Shown piece by piece: positions 53,062 to 62,775 of a stretch of DNA of 64,000 nucleotides. The DNA is from Clostridium sp. 19966 (GTDB lineage Bacteria > Bacillota > Clostridia > Clostridiales > Clostridiaceae). Positions within the stretch are counted from its first letter, which is position 1. The number at the start of each line of letters is the position of its first letter. The notes beneath the pieces are model-generated. The model was given only the letters and a program-made list of their open reading frames with translations. It did not search any database and was not told the DNA's origin. The stretch is from the NCBI RefSeq assembly GCF_032335695.1, contig NZ_JACTOJ010000004.1:194029-258028 (forward strand). The letters are read 5' to 3'. The translations under genes were made by a program, and so were the position numbers.

Positions 53062-53946
53062 ATGTGGATAAATCACAAGCTCGAATATCTTAAAACTTTG
53101 TCTTCCTCTGAAAAAATTTTAGCGGAGTATATATTAAATAATGGGGAAGATATCTTATCCATGTCCTCTCATCAATTAGCCTCAGCTACCTACACTTCAC
53201 CTGCAACAGTTATTCGTTTTTGCAAAAAATTAGGTTTTAAAGGCTATTCTGATTTTAAATTTAAATATTCTGTAGAGCTGAAATCAAGCTCTATGCAAAA
53301 TGAAAATATTGATTTTAATTTACCTTTTAAGAAGGGTGATTCTATTAAAGATATCAGTTACAATTTGGGCAATTTATATAAGGAGTCCATAGAAGATACC
53401 TTAAAATCACTTAATTTTAACACTCTTAATAGTGCTGTAGATTTATTATTGAACTCTAAAATAATAAAAATATTTGGTGTTGGCAGCAATTCCCCCTATG
53501 CCGTTGATTTTCAATATAAGATGATGCGCATAGGTTATTTGGTGCAAATGGCGCCACTTCCTACAGAGCAGCATATTTTTGCTCTTAACAGCAGTGAAGA
53601 TACCTGCGCAATACTCATATCCTATTCTGGTGAAACTCAGGATATAATCGATATTGCCCACATCTTAAAAAATAACAATACTCCTATTGTAGCCATTACT
53701 TCTTGTGGAGATAATAGGCTTTCAAAATATGCTCAATATAAAATCCATGTATGCTCCAGAGAAAATATAGTTTCAAAAATATCTACCTTTTCTTCAGGAA
53801 TCTCTATTCAATTCGTATTAGACATAATTTTTTCCTGCGTATTTGAAAAAAATTATAATAACAATTTAGCTCACAAGGTAAATCACGCAAAACAGGTAGA
53901 GGCTCATACAAAGCTGCTGAAAGAAGATATAATTAAAAATTATTAA
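53062..53946 (+). CDS. MurR/RpiR-family transcriptional regulator (HTH plus SIS domain)
   Basis: N-terminal HTH_6-type helix, C-terminal SIS phosphosugar-binding fold features. Confidence 0.75.
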   Translation: MWINHKLEYLKTLSSSEKILAEYILNNGEDILSMSSHQLASATYTSPATVIRFCKKLGFKGYSDFKFKYSVELKSSSMQNENIDFNLPFKKGDSIKDISYNLGNLYKESIEDTLKSLNFNTLNSAVDLLLNSKIIKIFGVGSNSPYAVDFQYKMMRIGYLVQMAPLPTEQHIFALNSSEDTCAILISYSGETQDIIDIAHILKNNNTPIVAITSCGDNRLSKYAQYKIHVCSRENIVSKISTFSSGISIQFVLDIIFSCVFEKNYNNNLAHKVNHAKQVEAHTKLLKEDIIKNY

Positions 53947-53990
53947 AAAATGCCTACCAGCTTACTTACTGGCAGGCATTTTTTATTTAA
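53947..53990. terminator. Bidirectional terminator (AAAAAATGCCTACCAG-cttactta-CTGGCAGGCATTTTTT)
   Basis: 11-bp stem with an A-run before and a T-run after; between convergent RpiR and GH2 genes. Confidence 0.75.
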
Positions 53991-53992
53991 CT

Positions 53993-56425
53993 TTATTTTA
54001 TATCATATACACTTCTTACTTTTAGGTTTTTAGCTTCTCCCTGCAGAAGCTTAACTCTAGCTTCACCAGAATTAAGATCAAAGTAATTATCCGATAAAAG
54101 CATATCTGCATCCAGGCTGTAAATTTCAATACCCTTTGCAAATTTCTCTGCTTTTATTATTACCTCATCACCCTTAACCTCTACAGAAAGCTTAGGATCT
54201 AAAAATTTAAAATACTTCGGTGCTGCAAACAATACAGTGCCTCCAGAGATGCGTTCACCATTTTTATACATATCGTAGCTTACATATTGGCTGTAGGGAT
54301 CTGCATCATCAAAGCTGACTTTTTCCAGCCATTCGCTGCTTAGAGCTTTTACCCTTACCTCATAGAATTTAGTTTCTACCACTGTTCCATCATTGTTTCT
54401 AAGGGCCCAGCTGACTGTAACCTGCTCCTCTGACATAGTCTCATTAGCAATGCATAGCTGAATGCTCTTTTCCAGGGCAAAGGATTCAGCATTCACATTA
54501 GTATTCTGAGTCAAGGTGCTTTCCTCACAGCAGGATAGCATAAGCGGTGCAAAAAATCTTTTAGCAAAATAGTGAAGCGCCTTCCATCGGCCAAAATAAT
54601 CTATGGATGCCCAGGAAGCTACCGGCCAGCAGTCATTAAGCTGCCAATAAATTGCTCCCATGCATCTTCCTCGATATCTTCTAAAATGCTCCACTCCATA
54701 CTTTATAGCCTCAGCCTGAAGCATTTGAGACGCATACAAAAGAGTATCAAAATCTGTAGGATATAGGTAGGTCTGCTGCATATAATTTATTATCTTACCG
54801 TTTGCTACATTATTCCTCTGATGCTTTTCCATCACATAGGAGAAAATATTTCTATCCTCAAGAAGAGTGAAGCTTTCCACAGTCTTTAAACAGGGGAAGG
54901 ATTGAAAGCCAAATTCTGATAAATATCTAAAATGAAACTTTCTGTATTCTGTAAAAGGCTTATTTCCATGCCATACATCCCAGTAATGAGTATCTCCTCT
55001 ATTAGAGGAATTAGGTTCATCAAAGGCTCCACCAGAGGATGGACTTGAAGGCCAATAGAAGGTATTAGGATCGTATTCCTTTAATATCTCTGGAATAATA
55101 TACTCAAATAGACGTATATAGTCTGCTTTATGAATTGGTTTTGTATACCACAAACCATCATTAGCAAAGCTCTCCATCTCATTGTTTCCGCACCATAATC
55201 CTAGGGAAGCATGATGCCTTATTCTCTTCACATTGTCTATAGTTTCTTTTTTAATCGTGTCTATAAACTCAGGAGTAAGAGGACACTGTGCACAGGCATA
55301 CATGAAATCCTGCCACACCACTAATCCTAATTCATCACAAAGCTCAAAGAAGAAATCTTCAGGATAATATCCGCCGCCCCATACTCTTATGGAATTAAAG
55401 TTAACTGCTATGCAGTCCTTAAGGAGCTTACGAGTTCTATCTTTATTGATTCTTGATAATATATTATCCTCTGGTATGTAGTCTGCTCCCATAGCAAAGT
55501 AGGCAACTCCGTTAACCACCTGCTTAAAGCTTTCTCCATACTCATCTTCCTCACGCTTAACGGTGAGAGTGCGAAGACCTATCTTCTTATCCCATACATC
55601 CAAAACCTTCTCATTTTTTACTAAGGTTACTTTTATGCCGTATAAATTCTGCTCCCCGTATCCATTAGGCCACCAGAGTTTTGGATTTTCTATGCTTACG
55701 GTTTTAGGAGAATTATCATAAACCTTCACTTCACCCTGAGGACTTACTATAGTTACTACATATTGAGCTTCATAGTCTAAAACAGCTTTATCTACAGAAA
55801 CTTCAATATTTAATTTAACCTGATTTTCCTCATGCACTTGGGTTACATAAACACTGTCAATTCTAGCAGTATTTATGCCTAGCAGTGATACCTCTCGCCA
55901 AATACCTGCATCGGGAAGTCTTGGGCCCCAGTCCCAGCCCATCATGGAATAGCCTTTTCTTATGTGAGGAAAACCAGCCATGCAGTCACTTACGCCATCT
56001 GCAAACACTTTTTCATTTTCTTCTTTTATATATTTATTAGGAGAAAAAAACTCTACCGCAAGCTCATTGCTTTCATCATTCACAAGTTTTTTCACATCAA
56101 ACTCCCAGGTTCTGTGCATATTATTAACATCACCTAGGCAGATACCGTTAAGCAGCACCTTTCCTATGGTATCAAGACCTTCAAACCTTAGCAGTACTTT
56201 GTCAGAATTTAAAATTTCTTCTGGTACGCTAAAATTTGTCTTATATTCAAAGTCGTTATCCATTATTTTCAGAGCCTCATTTTCGTTAGCTCTCCAATAA
56301 GGATCCTCCATTTTATTATTTAAAAGTAAATCATTATATACGGAGCCTGGAACTTTAGCTGGGACAAATTCCGCTTCTCCTGCAATTCTCATGGACCATC
56401 CATCATGAAGCTTTTTTATATTCAT
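53993..56425 (-). CDS. GH2-family exo-glycosidase, beta-mannosidase-like
   Basis: 810 aa; N-terminal LHDGW...VPGSVYNDLL pattern typical of GH2 beta-mannosidases; paired with GH36. Confidence 0.6.
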   Translation of the reverse strand: MNIKKLHDGWSMRIAGEAEFVPAKVPGSVYNDLLLNNKMEDPYWRANENEALKIMDNDFEYKTNFSVPEEILNSDKVLLRFEGLDTIGKVLLNGICLGDVNNMHRTWEFDVKKLVNDESNELAVEFFSPNKYIKEENEKVFADGVSDCMAGFPHIRKGYSMMGWDWGPRLPDAGIWREVSLLGINTARIDSVYVTQVHEENQVKLNIEVSVDKAVLDYEAQYVVTIVSPQGEVKVYDNSPKTVSIENPKLWWPNGYGEQNLYGIKVTLVKNEKVLDVWDKKIGLRTLTVKREEDEYGESFKQVVNGVAYFAMGADYIPEDNILSRINKDRTRKLLKDCIAVNFNSIRVWGGGYYPEDFFFELCDELGLVVWQDFMYACAQCPLTPEFIDTIKKETIDNVKRIRHHASLGLWCGNNEMESFANDGLWYTKPIHKADYIRLFEYIIPEILKEYDPNTFYWPSSPSSGGAFDEPNSSNRGDTHYWDVWHGNKPFTEYRKFHFRYLSEFGFQSFPCLKTVESFTLLEDRNIFSYVMEKHQRNNVANGKIINYMQQTYLYPTDFDTLLYASQMLQAEAIKYGVEHFRRYRGRCMGAIYWQLNDCWPVASWASIDYFGRWKALHYFAKRFFAPLMLSCCEESTLTQNTNVNAESFALEKSIQLCIANETMSEEQVTVSWALRNNDGTVVETKFYEVRVKALSSEWLEKVSFDDADPYSQYVSYDMYKNGERISGGTVLFAAPKYFKFLDPKLSVEVKGDEVIIKAEKFAKGIEIYSLDADMLLSDNYFDLNSGEARVKLLQGEAKNLKVRSVYDIK

Positions 56426-56531
56426 AATTTTATCTCCTAGTTTATCATCTTATTTAAAACAGAGCCTAATAAATAGATATGCTTTAAACCAGTGCTTATT
56501 TTTTTACTGATTTAAAGCATAAGTTAATAAA

Positions 56532-58721
56532 TTACTGACGGATAAAATGCAGAAGCTTTCCTTTGAAATCTCCCCATAGTCCTTTAATTAAAACTCCGCC
56601 ATTCATGAGCGCTGCTCCTGAATATACTTCTCCAGTTTCTTCGTTTTTGTAGAAGGCAGCCTTGTCTAGTCCTTTTAATCTGATTCTTCTGCTGTGGTAA
56701 TTAGGGCGGTTCAGCACCTGAACATAGGTTACCAACACTTCTCCCTTATCCTTTGAAACATATTCAACGCAGCCAAACTCAGGATTTCGGAAAAGGTTTG
56801 CTATACGATACAAATCGCCCGTTCTGATTAGCTCATTATACTTATGATACATTGCTACCTGCTGTGGTATCATATCCCTATCTTCCTGAGGTATTCTTGT
56901 AACATCAAGCTCATAGCCAAAGGTTCCTGAAAGTGCTACAAAGCCTCTTGTTTCAAAAGGAGTAACTCTTCCCACAGTATGATTTGGGCAATCACTTACA
57001 TGTGCTCCCATAGCTGATACAGGATATACTAGTGAGGTGCCATGCTGAATCTTAAGTCTTTCGATGGCATCCGTATCATCTGAAGCCCATATCTGAGGAC
57101 TGTAATAAAGCATTCCTGGATCTAATCTAGCACCGCCGCCAGAGCAGTTTTCAAGAAGTACATGAGGAAATTCTGAAGTTAATCTATCCATTAATTCATA
57201 AACTCCAAGCATATATCTATGCCATATCTCTCTTTGTCTGTCTGCTGGAAGTATGCTGTTGCCTACATCACTAAGCTGACGATTCATATCCCATTTAACA
57301 TACTCGATATTTGCACTGGTCAGTATCTTTCTTAAGCTTTCATATACATATTCTCTGACCTCTTCCCTTGATAAATCCAATACATACTGATTTCTGCAAA
57401 GGGTTCCTACTCTTCCATCAATATGTATGCACCAATCTGGATGAGCTCTAAAAAGATCTGAATCTGGAGATATCATTTCAGGTTCAAACCATATTCCAAA
57501 TTTCATTCCTAATTTGTTTACTTCATCTACTAAATATTTCAGACCGCCGTTTATTTTTTCTTCATTTACCACCCAGTCCCCTAAAGCAGAATTATCGCTG
57601 CTTCTATTGCCAAACCAGCCATCATCCATAACCAACATTTCAATGCCTAGCTTTGAAGCTTCTTTTGCTATGTTCAAGAGCTTTTCAGTATTGAAATCAA
57701 AATAAGTAGCTTCCCAGTTATTTATTAATATAGGACGCTTCTTATCTTTATATTCTCCTCTGATTAAGTGATTTCTATATAAATCATGGAAGGTTCTAGA
57801 CATCTTTCCTATACCTTCATTGGAATAAACCATAACCACTTCTGGTGCAGCAAATTCTTCCTGTGGTTCTAGCTTCCATCCGAAATCAAAAGGATTGATT
57901 CCCATAACAACTCTTGTGGAATCAAACTGTGAACCCTCTGTCTGAGCTAGGAAATTTCCTGAATATACGAAATTAAAGCCGTACACTTCACCGCTGTCTT
58001 CAGTTGCTGTCTTATCCAGCACTGCTAAAAATGGATTCATCTGATGGCTGGATTCTCCTCTAGCTGAAGATATGGACTGAACTCCTAAAGTTACTCCTCT
58101 TCTATTTATATGTCTCTCTCTTGCCCAAGAGCCATGAAGAGTTATCACATCCATATCTATTCTGTCAAAATCTACACAAGCAGATAATACTCTGGTTAAT
58201 TCTATAGATTCATCAGCACAGTTTTTTACTCTCACACTTCTAGTGATAACATCCAAATTTTCAAAAACAGTATATATTAAAACTATTTCTAGATTTAAAT
58301 GCTTATCTATGCAAGTCACTTCTAAAGTGGTACATTCTTTTTCATCCCCAAAGGTAGCTGGCAAACCTTTTAGTTTAGGTTTTCCTGCATATATTTTATG
58401 AGAAGCATAGGAGATTCCGCAAGCAGTCATTCCAGCATTTGTTCTAACCTGAAGGCAGGATTCTCTAAAGTCCCCTAATCCGCTGGTAGAATATTCTGTA
58501 GGAAAACAATCTAAAAATGACATTCTATCTCTATTATTTTTTGAAGGCACAAAAGGTGACTCCTCTAAACGCATTAGATAGTTAACATCCTCATCTGGAA
58601 GCTTTTCACCAAAATAAACGTGTCCTAAAAATTGTTCTTCATCAACAATTGCCATAATATAACTTGTACCTTTTGCATCTAGCTTAAAGGATTTCGATTT
58701 TTCATTAAAACTTATACCCAT
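56532..58721 (-). CDS. agaA: GH36 alpha-galactosidase
   Basis: 729 aa; central catalytic KWDMN and C-terminal beta-sandwich. Confidence 0.85.
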   Translation of the reverse strand: MGISFNEKSKSFKLDAKGTSYIMAIVDEEQFLGHVYFGEKLPDEDVNYLMRLEESPFVPSKNNRDRMSFLDCFPTEYSTSGLGDFRESCLQVRTNAGMTACGISYASHKIYAGKPKLKGLPATFGDEKECTTLEVTCIDKHLNLEIVLIYTVFENLDVITRSVRVKNCADESIELTRVLSACVDFDRIDMDVITLHGSWARERHINRRGVTLGVQSISSARGESSHQMNPFLAVLDKTATEDSGEVYGFNFVYSGNFLAQTEGSQFDSTRVVMGINPFDFGWKLEPQEEFAAPEVVMVYSNEGIGKMSRTFHDLYRNHLIRGEYKDKKRPILINNWEATYFDFNTEKLLNIAKEASKLGIEMLVMDDGWFGNRSSDNSALGDWVVNEEKINGGLKYLVDEVNKLGMKFGIWFEPEMISPDSDLFRAHPDWCIHIDGRVGTLCRNQYVLDLSREEVREYVYESLRKILTSANIEYVKWDMNRQLSDVGNSILPADRQREIWHRYMLGVYELMDRLTSEFPHVLLENCSGGGARLDPGMLYYSPQIWASDDTDAIERLKIQHGTSLVYPVSAMGAHVSDCPNHTVGRVTPFETRGFVALSGTFGYELDVTRIPQEDRDMIPQQVAMYHKYNELIRTGDLYRIANLFRNPEFGCVEYVSKDKGEVLVTYVQVLNRPNYHSRRIRLKGLDKAAFYKNEETGEVYSGAALMNGGVLIKGLWGDFKGKLLHFIRQ

Positions 58722-58932
58722 TATTCTCCTCCATTCATTACAAGTAATGGTTACTCATAGTGTTATAACTCTAAAACATACTTATGCACAGAATTATATT
58801 TGAATGACTTTTAATACGATTACATTACAAGTAACCCACCTTAACATTTGCTTATATAATACTTTATTTTTAAGTAACAAGTCAATTTTTTTAAGTGATT
58901 TTAGAGAAATGACCAATATCCTATAATAAGGG

Positions 58933-59198
58933 GTCTCTTTGTTAGCAGGTTCTACAAATATGTTTTCTTCATTTATTTCTGGAAGCTCTTCTTTCACCTT
59001 TTCATGATATTCATCGTTAGTTACCACATATATATTTTCCTTATTTATCATCGGTTTTATTCTATCCACTGTATTCCTCAAAAAGCTTTTATTATTAATA
59101 AGCTTTAAAAATTGCTTGGGTTTATCCGACCTAGAAAGAGGAAAGAGTCTTGTACCTTTTCCTCCCGCAAGAATTAGTGCATACAACAATTTCATCAC
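58933..59198 (-). pseudogene. N-terminal about 88 codons of the split mannose-1-phosphate guanylyltransferase-like gene; the annotated ORF 58794-59198 reads through into the island
   Basis: MKLLYALILAGGKGTRLFPLS (nucleotidyltransferase G-x-G-x-R loop) ... NIFVEPANKET, then unrelated read-through. Confidence 0.75.
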
Positions 59199-59332
59199 TC
59201 CATAATTAGTTCTCCTTCATTATATGAAAAGAATATGTTTTAGGTTCTGTTTATTAAAGCATGGGTATTCATCACTTTAATAAAATCTTTTAATTTAGTA
59301 ATATGTTATTATGGAATGTATAAAATGATTAA

Positions 59333-60234
59333 ATGAATAGATTATTTGAAATAGTCTACATATTATTGGAGAAAAAATGTATAACATCTAAGGAACTTTC
59401 TGAACATTTAGGTGTATCTGTTAGGACCGTATATAGAGATGTAGAAACTCTTAGCATGGCTGGCATACCCATTTATGCCAAACAAGGTAAAAATGGAGGA
59501 ATCGCTATACTTGACAATTTTGTTCTAGATAAGGGCTTAATTTCTAAGGAAGAGCAACTGCAAATAGTATCAGCTATTCAAAGCGTTAAAAAAGTTGAGC
59601 AAGATAATGTCAGTAGTGTTTTATCAAAATTATGTGGAATATTTAAAATTGAAAATCCAAATTGGGTTTCTATTGACTTTTCTGATTGGAGCAATCAGAG
59701 GCAAGAGTTATTTACTTCAGTAAAAAACGCTATATTAAAAAAACAAGTAATAAGTTTTCAATATTACAGCAGATATAGTAAACTAACCACACGCGTAGTT
59801 GAACCTATACAGCTTTGGTTTAAAGGATACACATGGTTTCTGAGAGCATACTGCAGGGAAAGGAAAGCTATAAGAATTTTTAAACTAAAAAGAATGTATA
59901 GAGTTGAATCACTAGATGAATTTTTTGAAATAAGAAATATTAACTTAGAAGAAGAAAAAAATTTATCTATAATGAACAACCTTTTAGAAAAATGCTTTCT
60001 TTTTCAATGAGGATAGACGAGTGTATGGCTTATCAGGTATATGATTCATTCGAAGAACATGAAATAACTAGAAATGAAGATGGAAGTTTTACTGTAGCAC
60101 TATGCTACCCTGAAGATGAATGGTTATATGGTATGATTCTGTCATACGGTAGCCATGCAAAAATAATATCTCCAGAATCTTTAAAAATTGAAATTATTAA
60201 TAGGTTAAAAATAAATTTAAAAAATTATTGTTAA
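59333..60234 (+). pseudogene. YafY-like HTH-WYL-WCX transcriptional regulator split into two overlapping frames by an apparent -1 frameshift in an A7 run (59954-59960)
   Basis: Frame 2 gives HTH (ITSKELSEHLGVSVRTVYRDV) and the WYL region. Frame 1 from about 59944 gives the WCX-like C-terminus (DGSFTVALCYPEDEWLYGMILSYGSHAKIISPESL). Inserting one A fuses them into a protein of about 306 aa. Confidence 0.65.
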
Positions 60235-60340
60235 ACCTGACATATAGTTGGCAAGTTATGTATGCTATTATTCTATTAAAGAAAATAAAAAAACAAATAA
60301 GTGTATAAAACAATACACTAGATATGAAAAGGAGCGAATT

Positions 60341-60604
60341 ATGAGTAAATTAATTTGTCAAAGCTGTGGTATGTCAATATCAGAAGAAAAATTTTTTGGA
60401 AAAAACGCAGATGGTTCAAAGAATGAGGATTATTGCTGTTACTGCTATCCAAATGGAGAATTTTCAAAGGATGAAACTATAGAACAAATGGTAGAAAGCT
60501 GCATTCCATTTATGATAAAAGATGGAGAATGCTCTGATGAGGAAACAGCAAGATCCTTGTTAATGGAATTTATTCCGAATTTAAAACGTTGGAAAAAGAA
60601 TTAA
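60341..60604 (+). CDS. Small zinc-ribbon protein (CxxC...CCYC); the ORF is annotated from 60248, but an RBS AAAGGAG precedes the ATG at 60341
   Basis: MSKLICQSCGM...DYCCYCYPNGEF cysteine pattern. Confidence 0.55.
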   Translation: MSKLICQSCGMSISEEKFFGKNADGSKNEDYCCYCYPNGEFSKDETIEQMVESCIPFMIKDGECSDEETARSLLMEFIPNLKRWKKN

Positions 60605-60779
60605 GGAGAAGCTGTGTTGCATTTAGGTTTACTTATCAGTTTTTTTATAACTGGGTAACTAGTTATCGCGATATCTAGTTTTCTAGTTTAAGTCTGAAAC
60701 TAATATGTGTTACATCTCATTAAAGCTATGAAAAATTAGTTCTCTCCAAAAAACCTATTATAAAAACTTTAAAAAAATA

Positions 60780-60825
60780 GTAACTATTCAATATTTACTG
60801 GCTAGCAGCATTATTGAATAGTTAC
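60780..60825 (-). terminator. Hairpin with a 14-bp perfect stem (GTAACTATTCAATA-N18-TATTGAATAGTTAC) followed by a U7 run on the minus strand
   Basis: Seen in sequence. Confidence 0.55.
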
Positions 60826-61018
60826 CTCATGGATGGCTTCACTTTTGGATAATTTTAATAATAGTATTGTTCTACAGCCTATTTCTATGAAAGATTGGAA
60901 TTGATAATCTTATTATCAATGTCTTGAAAATACTAAAATAAGCTTATATTAAATTTTTGATTTCTCTAATTTGTTCAATACTTAATACTGTATCTTGGGC
61001 AATTACTTCTTTTTTAAG

Positions 61019-61240
61019 TTATGCATCATCGCAATGTATAAATCCCTCTTCCCAAAAATTTTTATCTAATTCATATTCATCAATACAAAATCCTTTTGGG
61101 TAATCTTTAAAGCCAGTCAGTTTTTTATGTTCTTCAATAACAGCTTTTGCCTTTTGTTCCGTTGAATATATTCCTATTATTTTTTCTTCATCAATTCCAT
61201 TCAGTTCATAAGCATGTTGAAGTAAAAATACTCTTTTCAT
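61019..61240 (-). CDS. Small cytoplasmic hypothetical protein (73 aa)
   Basis: ORF only; 9 nt downstream of the preceding membrane-protein gene. Confidence 0.4.
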   Translation of the reverse strand: MKRVFLLQHAYELNGIDEEKIIGIYSTEQKAKAVIEEHKKLTGFKDYPKGFCIDEYELDKNFWEEGFIHCDDA

Positions 61241-61248
61241 ATATTTAT

Positions 61249-61752
61249 TTACTCCTTTCCAATTCTGAACAAATCTCTATCTATTTTTATGAATATTATA
61301 GCTACTATTTTACTGCATAAATATTTAGATTTATTACTTAATCTTACTATTTTTTTATCTTGCCTGTTAACTTTTATTGCACCAATAGCCCCACAAATGA
61401 TTCCACCAAAGAATAAAACAGCACATATATAATGTGATATGTTTCTTGTAAAATTAGTAGATTTTGGGTTTTTCCCGTATATTGTATAATCCATAACAAC
61501 TAATAGTATTTCTACAGCTATTGATGCGAAAAATAAAGTAACATATACATTGACTCTTTTAAAATAATCATATGTAAATATTGAAACTACTAATAGTAAA
61601 GCACATACTAAATAAAAAATCATTAAAATATTACTTGGAACATTCTTACCAAGTCCAGTAACATTAAAAACAGTATATAAAAATAACATAAACAATGATA
61701 AATATGTATTTTTATTATTATTTCTTTTATCCTTCTTATTTTTATTATTCAT
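61249..61752 (-). CDS. Small 4-TM membrane protein with a Lys/Asn-rich N-terminus
   Basis: ORF and hydrophobicity pattern. Confidence 0.45.
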   Translation of the reverse strand: MNNKNKKDKRNNNKNTYLSLFMLFLYTVFNVTGLGKNVPSNILMIFYLVCALLLVVSIFTYDYFKRVNVYVTLFFASIAVEILLVVMDYTIYGKNPKSTNFTRNISHYICAVLFFGGIICGAIGAIKVNRQDKKIVRLSNKSKYLCSKIVAIIFIKIDRDLFRIGKE

Positions 61753-62161
61753 ATTTTTATACCAACTTCTTTTTAAATTTTATTTGAGATAAATCTGATA
61801 ACCAATTTTTATTATTAGAATTTTGGGCTACACCGCTTATTGAAGCTATAGTTTATAAAATTGCTATACTAGTCGATAATGTTAACTATCTCCGATTCAA
61901 TTGTAAGCCCTCAATCTTCATCTAATGAATCATATTGTACGTTCAATATAATAATCCTTATTCATTATGTATTTTTTATATTTCCATTAACCTCGGATTG
62001 TCCCATATTTTGATTTAATTTTAACTATATACTTCTCTTTAATATATTTGTAATATTAAATAATCATATCCGAAAAAAATTCTGTTTCAAAAGCATAGTA
62101 AGCTGATTCACCGTATCATCTTGAATTCACTTTCATAAAATCTCATATCATATTTTATACT

Positions 62162-62620
62162 CTACCAAGCAATCAAACCTCTTTCTGATACATCAGCAAC
62201 GGACTTGTACTCTACTTTTTCAAAGCAACCATTTATACAATTACTATACACTTTGTCCAAAATTTTTCTATTCTTGCAGTAAAATTCTATAAATGCTGAA
62301 TCTGTGCATAATATGACCATTTCGCAATTGCTTCCTAAAAAATCTTTGAATGCTTTTATTTCGATGTGCTCACTACCGATGGGATATGCTTTTATATCAG
62401 CAAATATCATGTAATAACTATCTCTTGATATACATCTAGTGAATTTTTCTGCATCTAAAACATCTGCACCAAAAAAGTCTTGCTTTATCTCACCATTCTC
62501 ATAGTATAAAAAATCATCGGTATTTATTTCCCAATCATAACTAAATAAATTAACACCACTTAAGATTTTATTTATATAATTGCTATATTCATTGCTTACT
62601 TCAATATCTAAACCAATCAC
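62162..62620 (-). CDS. Hypothetical cytoplasmic protein (152 aa)
   Basis: ORF only. Confidence 0.4.
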   Translation of the reverse strand: MIGLDIEVSNEYSNYINKILSGVNLFSYDWEINTDDFLYYENGEIKQDFFGADVLDAEKFTRCISRDSYYMIFADIKAYPIGSEHIEIKAFKDFLGSNCEMVILCTDSAFIEFYCKNRKILDKVYSNCINGCFEKVEYKSVADVSERGLIAW

Positions 62621-62775
62621 GTTTTTCTCTCCCTTTCACTAAACCAATTGCACTAAAAAATCATATCCAAGACATGTATATTGATAACTTATAACTCTCT
62701 TCAGATTAATACAAATTCATGAGAGTAGTATCATTTCTACTTTCTCTTCTAATTATCAGCTTTAAATAATTTACT

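Larger units (their letters stand above)
35148..58940. mobile_element. Integrated element of about 23.8 kb bounded by the two halves of the split nucleotidyltransferase gene. A large serine recombinase lies at the left end, and the 8-bp core GTCTCTTT (forward strand) is present at both junctions (35148-35155 and 58933-58940). The cargo is carbohydrate catabolism only
   Basis: Junction sequences read directly; protein continuity across the junctions; no phage or conjugation genes inside. Confidence 0.7.

Noticed and set aside
58794-58932. C-terminal 45 residues of ORF 58794-59198 (PYYRILVISLKSLKKIDLLLKNK...)
   Set aside because: Read-through translation from the truncated nucleotidyltransferase fragment into the end of the inserted element; not a domain.
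35148-58940. Prophage or ICE interpretation of the 23.8-kb insertion
   Set aside because: No capsid, portal, terminase, tail, lysis, relaxase, coupling-protein or replication genes; only a serine recombinase plus catabolic genes and regulators.
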